Positions 1 through 5,564 of a stretch of DNA of 14,119 nt are shown here, piece after piece; position 1 is the stretch's first letter, and each line of letters opens with the position of its first letter. Origin of the DNA: Pirellulales bacterium (GTDB lineage: Bacteria > Planctomycetota > Planctomycetia > Pirellulales > JAICIG01); NCBI GenBank assembly GCA_035534975.1, contig DATLQY010000933.1:1-14119 (forward strand). The letters are read 5' to 3'. The position numbers and the translations under genes were made by a program. The notes under the pieces were generated by a model that saw only the letters and a program-made list of their open reading frames with translations, was not told the DNA's origin and ran no database searches.

Positions 1-267
1 GCGAATCGAACAAAGCCAGTCGCATACCACGACGGTTGGTTTCCGAAGTCGCGATTTGGTGGTCCCCTCCCGGTTCCAGGGCAACATGACTTTGTTCGGC
101 GGAAGAGGATCGTCAATTCTCGTGGAACCGACGACCACGGCAAACGGCTCGTCATCTTTGATTTCCTCCGTGGAAGTAAGCACGACCGCGGGGCGTCTCT
201 TCGTGGTCTTTCCGTCGGGGCTTGTCAAAAGTGCCCAGACGACACGGCCTTGCACGATCGCCGGCAT
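1..267 (-). CDS. PemK/MazF-family toxin (mRNA interferase-like), 3' end truncated by the window edge (89 codons visible)
   Basis: Manual minus-strand translation starting at ATG 267-265 gives MPAIVQGRVVWALLTSPDGKTTKRRPAVVLTSTEEIKDDEPFAVVVGSTRIDDPLPPNKVMLPWNREGTTKSRLRKPTVVVCDWLCSIR. GRVVWALLTSPDGKTTKRRPAVVLT aligns with the E. coli MazF N-terminus GDLIWVDFDPTKGSEQAGHRPAVVLS. PTVVVCDWLCSI matches the Kid/PemK VVRCDQPRTID region. An in-frame stop lies at 301-303, so 267 is the first ATG. No stop occurs before the window edge, which is why the ORF track does not list it. Confidence 0.8.
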   Translation of the reverse strand, partial: MPAIVQGRVVWALLTSPDGKTTKRRPAVVLTSTEEIKDDEPFAVVVGSTRIDDPLPPNKVMLPWNREGTTKSRLRKPTVVVCDWLCSIR

Positions 268-281
268 CGCTTCGCCCCCAT

Positions 282-884
282 TCAAAACGGCGACTCTTCT
301 TCATGTTCGAACCATTCCGGCGGCGGAGCTCGCTTGGCTGCCAAAGCCAACAGCCGCGCGTTTGAAGGAACGATGCGCTTAAGTTCCTCGACGGCCGCCG
401 CGTCTTCCAAATGGGCTTCGACGACCAATGCGGCCTCGACGGTCGGTTTTGCTTCCGCAATCGGACCATCGTAGGCTTTGGAGGCTGCAGCCTTGACGAA
501 GAATGGCAAAGCCAGCGTCTCGGTCCCATCAACGATCAGGTGGAACTGGTACGCGCCCAGTTCCCGAAATCCTACCATCAGGTTCGTCACGATGCTCGTC
601 CCGGCCGGCCCTTCGGGATTTAGACTGCTTCGTTTCGCGTTCAACTCCAAGTCCTCGCTCATGGGCAAGCGCTCACCATTGGGCGTCGTCAGTTCGACCC
701 GAAACTTGTGTCCGGTGCTCGGTTCGCCTGGCCGCAGGAGCAACCGGGCCACTAAAGCCAGCGGAGGCCCGACGAAGGGCAACGACGTCGCCTCCAGCCC
801 GTCGACGTCCGCTCCAAAAATGCAAAGCCGTCCGTCCTGAAGTTGACCGGCGGTGTTCGCCAAGAATGCGTAGGACAGTTCCAT
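282..884 (-). CDS. Hypothetical 200-aa protein, translationally coupled to the downstream MazF-like gene; candidate non-canonical antitoxin partner
   Basis: ORF of 200 aa with ordinary, non-R/P-biased composition. GGAGG lies 5 nt upstream of ATG 884. Its stop at 282-284 is 14 nt from the MazF-like start. The acidic C-terminal tail is PPEWFEHEEESPF. I recognise no domain. Confidence 0.6.
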   Translation of the reverse strand: MELSYAFLANTAGQLQDGRLCIFGADVDGLEATSLPFVGPPLALVARLLLRPGEPSTGHKFRVELTTPNGERLPMSEDLELNAKRSSLNPEGPAGTSIVTNLMVGFRELGAYQFHLIVDGTETLALPFFVKAAASKAYDGPIAEAKPTVEAALVVEAHLEDAAAVEELKRIVPSNARLLALAAKRAPPPEWFEHEEESPF

Positions 885-944
885 GATTTCCTCCCGGTAT
901 TCGACTTGCCTGGTGCCCTCGCCGAATTTGCGACGGTATGATCA

Positions 945-995
945 ACCTCATTATACGGCACGCGACGGGAAATGAGACATTTTCTCATGAGAAAG
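945..995 (-). promoter_or_regulatory. Candidate promoter for the 282..884 / MazF-like operon, with a palindromic operator
   Basis: Plus strand 950-955 reads attata, which is a perfect TATAAT on the minus strand, about 66 nt upstream of ATG 884. A 14-bp perfect palindrome tttctcatgagaaa at 981-994 overlaps the expected -35 region. An adjacent aatgagaca half-site lies at 971-979. Confidence 0.35.
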
Positions 996-1080
996 TGGTT
1001 GCCGCAGGTGCGAGAGCGCAAGCGATGCACCGGCTAGATATACTTCACGCGGCCACGAATGAGACACTTGCTTCAAGTGG

Positions 1081-1204
1081 GACGGCCTTCCTAGTTGGAC
1101 AGCGCCACTTTAGAAGCTAGGTAATATGAATCGACGTAAGTCGTTTCCTGATGGTGCCGACATTTTGCCCATTGAGACAAGTGGCGCTGTCCAACTAGGC
1201 CGTC
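1081..1204. repeat. Large inverted repeat: perfect 21-bp arms (1090-1110 and 1179-1199) around a 68-bp AT-richer spacer
   Basis: cctagttggacagcgccactt (1090-1110) is the reverse complement of aagtggcgctgtccaactagg (1179-1199). The extended arm is imperfect (gacggcc, with a 4-nt indel). The spacer contains cgacGTAAgtcg (1132-1143), a 4-bp stem with a GNRA loop. The nearby palindrome ggcctaggaaggcc lies at 1231-1244. Confidence 0.6.
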
Positions 1205-1256
1205 TGCCTAAAGGAGTTGGCGGCGCGGACGGCCTAGGAAGGCCATCCCACGACTG

Positions 1257-1341
1257 GCCGCGTGCAGTATAGCGACCGGGGCATCGCTTAGGCTCTGCCC
1301 CAGCCACCGTGAATGTCTCATTCTCGGCCGCGTGCAGTATC
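1257..1341. repeat. 15-bp direct repeat ggccgcgtgcagtat (1257-1271 and 1327-1341) flanking a hairpin ggggca...tgcccc (1277-1300)
   Basis: Both exact copies are read directly from the sequence. The hairpin between them is ggggcatcgcttaggctctgcccc. The third TGAGACA motif lies inverted at 1311-1320 (gaatgtctca). Confidence 0.55.
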
Positions 1342-1353
1342 AGCGCATGGTTG

Positions 1354-3582
1354 CTAATTCGCGGCGCCGCTCAAGGCCTTCTTGGCCTGCTGCTTGATCT
1401 TCTTGGCTTCCGTGGCATCGACATTCCAGCCGCGCGGCGGCCCGGGACAATGGACGACCTTGAACTGCAAAGTCACATTTTCGTCATTCGACGCCACGGC
1501 CCCAAATTGATCCAACGACCAGATGGCCAGGGGGCCATCGACGACGTGCGAGATCAAGTTGGGACGTGCCAGCAGCACGCCGCGATTGAACAACCCTTTT
1601 TCTCCCTCGAGCACCAACTCGATCGCGTCGCCTGGCCGCCAATCGAACGCCAGTCGGCCGTTCGCGTCGTCCTTCAGGTAGTCATGCTCGCTCTCGTATT
1701 CCTGGTTTTCGCCTGCCGCGAGCGTCCAGTCGTGCGCCGGCGTACTGGCCTGCGCGCGTCCCGACGCGCCCACGGTAATGACGCGGGTCGTACCGAGGCC
1801 GGCCTCGCGCGCCGCGTAGCCGCGTTCGATCCGTAGCGTCCACGGCGTGCCGGTTTGCGCCGCCTGGTACCAGCCCTTGAGCACCTTCTGTACGACTTCG
1901 TCCGGCTCATTGCGGATCACCACATCGGGGTCGGCGCCCGGCGCCGCGCAATTCACCCACACGCCTGCCGCCGTCCGCAACGCTTCGAGCCGTAGATTCG
2001 CGCGGCCGAGCCAGTCCTCCCAAGGCTCGCGACTCGCCGAGTCGCACAGCCGCTTCAACTCGGCGTCGGCGGACAGCCAGGGCTTGGCGCGCCGGCGCAG
2101 CGCTTCGATGCTCGCCCGCCACTCTTTGATCCGCGCGGCGACCGCCGGCTCCTTGATCAGCCACGATTCATAGAGTCTCGTGACATCGTTCGCCTGGTAC
2201 GGGTGCTTGACCGTGACTTTTTCCTCCCAGGCATTCCTGGCTTTCCTGCCGTCCTCAGCCGCGGCCTGGTCGGCGCTCTGCATGCCGGCACCGCTCGCCG
2301 GCGGCGGCACGCCCGCCACCTGTTGATTCAGTTCCGCCAGGGCGGCTCGGATCTCCCGCAGCTCTTCGTTTTTCTCGTTCACGATCGCTTCATCGAGCTG
2401 GCGTTCCATCTCGGTAATTCGGTTCGCTTGCGAGACGTTCGTCGCCTTGGCCTTGGCCAATTGGTCGCCGACTTCGATGCCCTTCCGCCTGGCGTCGGCC
2501 AGTTCCGTCGCCTGGCGCCGTACGAGGACCGAGAGGTAGACGCTCAAAGTACACGAGACCATCGCTACCGCGAGCGCCGCCGCCAGCCGGCGGATCTGGG
2601 CGCCGCGGCGCGCCGCATCCCATGACTTCAGTCGCCGCAATACGTCGCTCGCGTCGGAAGGCGACGCTTGAGATTGCCAAGTCCCTTTTGGCCCCAGCCG
2701 GCCGAAACCCGATGGGCCGGGCGCCGGTTGACCCAGGAGCAGTGCTACGACGGTGATGAACCGCCGAACGGGATTCGTCTGGTCGATCAACTCGCCCAGA
2801 CGCCTGGGGCGGTGCCGCCGCGCCAATCGCATTCGTAGCACCGGTTCGATTCTTGCCCAGAATTCGTCGACCGAACTCGCCCCGTCAGCATGTTCCAACA
2901 ACTCTTGGCGCCCCCCCAGGGCCAATTCACACGCGGAGAGGGCCAACCCTCGCAGGTCTTCCATTGGGCTCAAGGTTGCGGCGGGTTCGAGCACACCCAG
3001 CGACCGATAGACGCGCGATTCCGGATCTTCGACGCGGTGCCCCGACCAGGCGGCCAGCGCGCCCGCTACGGGACCATCGAGCCACACGGTCACGTCGTCC
3101 TTCTGATCATCGGATTCTTCGACGTAGATATTGCACGGCCGAACGTCGCCGTGGACGAGGTGGCGAGCATGCATTTCGGCGAGGCCCGCGAGCACTTGCT
3201 CGACGATCGACAGCCAGGCCGCTGGTCCGAAGGCGTCGCTTCGCTCGGCCATGAGCTTGGAAAGCGCTTCGTCGTGCCGATGTCCAACCAAGAACATGCC
3301 GCTCGGCGTCGTCGAGCCGGTCTCGACGGGCAGCGAAACGTGAAGAAGTTGAAGCCCGACGCGTTCGGCAAGCCAGGCTTCCAATCGCGGCTTCCAGCCA
3401 GGCCAATCGTCCCAGCCGTCGCTGGTCGAGGCCGGCGGCAGGAACTGTACCAGCCGTTTTTTCGCGGCACCGTTCCGTGAGTCGGTGGCCTCGAACTCGT
3501 CGCCGAGACAACCAGCGCCGCGTCGCGCGCGATCGAGCTTCAGCCCGGCCGGCAGCAGCTTCTGGTACTCGGTCATCTCCAT
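1354..3582 (-). CDS. Membrane-anchored Hanks-type Ser/Thr protein kinase (non-RD, HGD catalytic loop) with coiled-coil and a ~350-aa extracytoplasmic C-terminal domain of unknown function
   Basis: 742-aa ORF. The N-terminus has a G-loop-like GAGCLG, a candidate beta3 Lys in AAKKR, and the catalytic loop HGDVRPCN (canonical HRDLKPxN). One TM helix (LAAALAVAMVSCTLSVYLSVLV) is followed by an EELREIRAALAELNQQ coiled coil, then an unrecognised C-terminal domain. Confidence 0.8.
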   Translation of the reverse strand: MEMTEYQKLLPAGLKLDRARRGAGCLGDEFEATDSRNGAAKKRLVQFLPPASTSDGWDDWPGWKPRLEAWLAERVGLQLLHVSLPVETGSTTPSGMFLVGHRHDEALSKLMAERSDAFGPAAWLSIVEQVLAGLAEMHARHLVHGDVRPCNIYVEESDDQKDDVTVWLDGPVAGALAAWSGHRVEDPESRVYRSLGVLEPAATLSPMEDLRGLALSACELALGGRQELLEHADGASSVDEFWARIEPVLRMRLARRHRPRRLGELIDQTNPVRRFITVVALLLGQPAPGPSGFGRLGPKGTWQSQASPSDASDVLRRLKSWDAARRGAQIRRLAAALAVAMVSCTLSVYLSVLVRRQATELADARRKGIEVGDQLAKAKATNVSQANRITEMERQLDEAIVNEKNEELREIRAALAELNQQVAGVPPPASGAGMQSADQAAAEDGRKARNAWEEKVTVKHPYQANDVTRLYESWLIKEPAVAARIKEWRASIEALRRRAKPWLSADAELKRLCDSASREPWEDWLGRANLRLEALRTAAGVWVNCAAPGADPDVVIRNEPDEVVQKVLKGWYQAAQTGTPWTLRIERGYAAREAGLGTTRVITVGASGRAQASTPAHDWTLAAGENQEYESEHDYLKDDANGRLAFDWRPGDAIELVLEGEKGLFNRGVLLARPNLISHVVDGPLAIWSLDQFGAVASNDENVTLQFKVVHCPGPPRGWNVDATEAKKIKQQAKKALSGAAN

Positions 3583-3625
3583 GGGCTTACCTTAGGGACG
3601 AACTGGGAGGCAAAACCCGATCTCT

Positions 3626-3717
3626 TCTGTACGGAACGCCCTCCGTGGCGTTCCGCGGAAGGCCAACGAGTGCCGTGTACCCATTCGAGGAACGCCACGG
3701 AGGGCGTTCCCTACAGA
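3626..3717. repeat. Twin 22-bp hairpin elements in inverted orientation (3633-3654 and 3689-3710), with complementary loops
   Basis: ggaacgcc-ctccgt-ggcgttcc (3633-3654) and ggaacgcc-acggag-ggcgttcc (3689-3710). The second is the exact reverse complement of the first, including the loop. The flanks extend the inverted repeat to 29 bp with one mismatch (tctgtac versus tctgtag). It lies between the lipase gene end (3756) and the kinase start (3582). Confidence 0.6.
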
Positions 3718-3755
3718 CACCATTGCCCCGGCAATCGCCTCCAAGCGGGTGGTCG

Positions 3756-5015
3756 TCATTTCTCAGGCACATTCCAGCCTAGCGTTTCAAGCACCCATTG
3801 GAACAAATCCGCATCTTCGGGACGTTCGCCGGGTAAGGCCAGTAACTTGGTGTGGTTCAAATCGAAGATTCGCTCGCCGTCGGAGCCTTTCAGCCGGGCG
3901 CTGGCGACGGCCACCGCCCCGTCGCCGCGTCCGTCGCGCAGCTCGTCGCTGGCCAGCGCATCCAGCACCACCTGGCGGAATTCCTCGGGGACCTTCCGGC
4001 GGCGAAAGAAGTCAGTCAACTCGCGTTCGATCGCGGCGCGTTGTTCCTCCGCCAGAAAACTACGGCGGCCGATCGCCACATAGTACCGCACGCCCGCCGG
4101 GCGCCGCCCGGCCTCCAGCTCCTCGAGGAACTCGCTTCCAGGCCGCAGGTCTCTGGCGGCCTCGCCCAAGCCGTCGCGCAGGTTTTCGCCGCTGAACAGG
4201 GTGCCTGCGGGCAAAGCGCGTACCAGTTCGATCGACTCCTGGGCGCCGGCCAGGCGGGTGCCATGGTTGGGTGTGCCGAGCATGAACAGATCGGTGACGC
4301 ACGTCGGAGCATGGTCGGCGACCTCCAGCGCGTACCTCGCGACCAGCCCTCCCATGCTGTGGGCGACGATCACGAGCTTGAGCCGCTCGTACCGCTTGCA
4401 CAGGTCGCCCAATTCGCTCCTCAACCGGTCGCCGCTCCAGGCAATCGGACCGTCGTTCGGATAATCGAACAAGAGGGCCTGAACCTCCGTGTCGACACAG
4501 GCCTTGGCGAAGGGTTTCAAGTCGGCCGCGTCGGCTTCCAGGCCGTGGACCAGCAGCATGGTCCGGCGGTCGGGGTCGAAGCCGTCGGGCAGGTGAAGCC
4601 CTTTTTCGTCGGGCCACTCGCTTAGCGGGAGGTGCAGCAGTTTTTCGAGACGTTTCCGCAAGCGGCGCCGCACGCGGTCGTCTTCGCGGTTGGGCACTCC
4701 GATAATCAGCTTGTCGTCGTCGATCGAGACCCTGATGAGTCCGGCTTCGCCGGCCAGGACCAACGCCGCGCGTTCCAGCGTGGTCAGCTCGATCTTGCGG
4801 TCGCGGATGCGTTCGAGCGGATAGTGCGCGTGTAGTTTGCGGTTGCACTCGGCGCAGAATTCGCGAGGCGAGAAATAACGCCCTTCCTGAAGCGGAATCG
4901 TCAGGTCGATGAATTCATCGGCATTGGCCGGTGCGCGACTGAAGATCGAGACCGCGACGACGGCGAGGCAGGCGACGAGACGCAAGGGTCGAGTTCTTGG
5001 GGATGCGGCGATCAT
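3756..5015 (-). CDS. Secreted alpha/beta-hydrolase (lipase class 2 / PGAP1-like esterase family) with a ~150-aa N-terminal domain of unknown function
   Basis: The nucleophile elbow AHSMGG matches that of Bacillus LipA (AHSMGG). LGTPNHGT resembles the GTPHHG motif of PGAP1/DUF676-type hydrolases, and an LLVHGL oxyanion region is present. The ORF track begins at 5108, but the internal ATG at 5015 starts a clear Sec signal peptide (MIAASPRTRPLRLVACLAVVAVSIFSRAPANA), so 5015 is preferred. Confidence 0.8.
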   Translation of the reverse strand: MIAASPRTRPLRLVACLAVVAVSIFSRAPANADEFIDLTIPLQEGRYFSPREFCAECNRKLHAHYPLERIRDRKIELTTLERAALVLAGEAGLIRVSIDDDKLIIGVPNREDDRVRRRLRKRLEKLLHLPLSEWPDEKGLHLPDGFDPDRRTMLLVHGLEADAADLKPFAKACVDTEVQALLFDYPNDGPIAWSGDRLRSELGDLCKRYERLKLVIVAHSMGGLVARYALEVADHAPTCVTDLFMLGTPNHGTRLAGAQESIELVRALPAGTLFSGENLRDGLGEAARDLRPGSEFLEELEAGRRPAGVRYYVAIGRRSFLAEEQRAAIERELTDFFRRRKVPEEFRQVVLDALASDELRDGRGDGAVAVASARLKGSDGERIFDLNHTKLLALPGERPEDADLFQWVLETLGWNVPEK

Positions 5016-5050
5016 CGAATATGGAATCGGCTCGCGCACCGGCGAGGTAC

Positions 5051-5293
5051 TCAGTTTCCCGTGCCATGATCGAGTCGCGCCAGCGCGTCGCGTCGAACCT
5101 CGGACCAAGGTGTCGTTTGCGCCGTCCCAGCGTCGAGTTCGGCGGTGCGACGTTGAATCTCACGAGCCCATTCGTCGGAAAATGGCGATTCGGCTTCGGG
5201 GGGCACCGAATCCCAGAGCTCCTCGATCAAACGCAGGCGATCCTGCTCGGGCAATCGTTTCGCGGCGGACAAAACGGAAATAAAGTCACCCAT
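5051..5293 (-). CDS. TIGR02574-family putative addiction-module antitoxin component (80 aa)
   Basis: From internal ATG 5293 the protein is MGDFISVLSAAKRLPEQDRLRLIEELWDSVPPEAESPFSDEWAREIQRRTAELDAGTAQTTPWSEVRRDALARLDHGTGN. It has the family's LxxEERxxLxxxLWDSL...EWxxEIxRRxxELDxGxxxxIPWEEV pattern. The 159-aa ORF in the track has an N-terminal extension that translates the intergenic IR/DR element and is not credible. Confidence 0.65.
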   Translation of the reverse strand: MGDFISVLSAAKRLPEQDRLRLIEELWDSVPPEAESPFSDEWAREIQRRTAELDAGTAQTTPWSEVRRDALARLDHGTGN

Positions 5294-5401
5294 CTCGATA
5301 CCATTGGTTGGATCGGACCATCGCGACCCTTGTGCTCGACGGGTACAATCCGCGAACCGTCCGTAATTCCACCACATCGCACTCCGCCGGTCAAGCGGAT
5401 T

Positions 5402-5455
5402 CGAGATTCGGAAGTGTCCTAACAGTGTGGTGGTTGGGACACTTCCCGAGATTCG
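5402..5455. repeat. 10-bp perfect inverted repeat (ggaagtgtcc 5410-5419 and ggacacttcc 5437-5446) with a 17-nt loop, flanked by 9-bp direct repeats cgagattcg (5402-5410 and 5447-5455)
   Basis: Read directly from the sequence. It lies in the divergent intergenic region between the antitoxin-like gene (start 5293, minus strand) and the secreted-protein gene (start 5565, plus strand). Confidence 0.5.
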
Positions 5456-5564
5456 TCCCCACTGCCGAAACCGGCCCACCTTTGGCCGGGTAATATGGAC
5501 TGTACGGACAATCTCCCCGCGCCGCCCCACGCCTCCATTTTAGCCGCCAACGGACTTTCCAACG

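Noticed and set aside
56-382. 108-aa plus-strand ORF and 126-aa minus ORF (152..532) at the left end
   Set aside because: They overlap the strongly supported MazF-like frame and the 200-aa gene in other frames or on the other strand, and their products show Ser/Thr/Arg-rich compositional bias.
938-1307. Small ORFs 938..1120 (+, 60 aa) and 1110..1307 (-, 65 aa) inside the repeat island
   Set aside because: They span the inverted and direct repeats, have no ribosome-binding site, and a small protein cannot be supported from sequence alone. The region is better explained as regulatory or structural DNA/RNA. A tiny regulatory peptide cannot be excluded.
3852-4625. 257-aa plus-strand ORF, among many other long ORFs antisense to or overlapping the called genes (e.g. 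1309..1836 +, 2890..3480 +, 4060..4848 -, 5912..6550 -, 6474..7091 -, 7426..8187 +, 7703..8335 -, 8665..9261 +, 10562..11302 -, 10617..11651 -, 11315..11974 -, 12255..13005 +, 12376..12954 -, 13091..13819 +)
   Set aside because: Their products are Arg/Pro/Gly/Ser-biased or low-complexity (LG-rich when antisense to the EA repeats). They lie wholly inside better-supported genes on the other strand or frame. They are expected by-products of high GC content, where stop codons are rare.
5395-5410. tcgaatcc T-loop-like motif (minus-strand reading) suggesting a possible tRNA
   Set aside because: No matching acceptor or anticodon stems could be built around it. The motif is part of the cgagattcg direct repeats flanking the hairpin.
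5294-5530. N-terminal 79-aa extension of the 159-aa ORF 5051..5530
   Set aside because: The extension translates straight through the intergenic IR/DR element with an Arg/Trp-rich sequence. The TIGR02574-like domain begins exactly at the internal Met (5293), giving the typical 80-aa family length.
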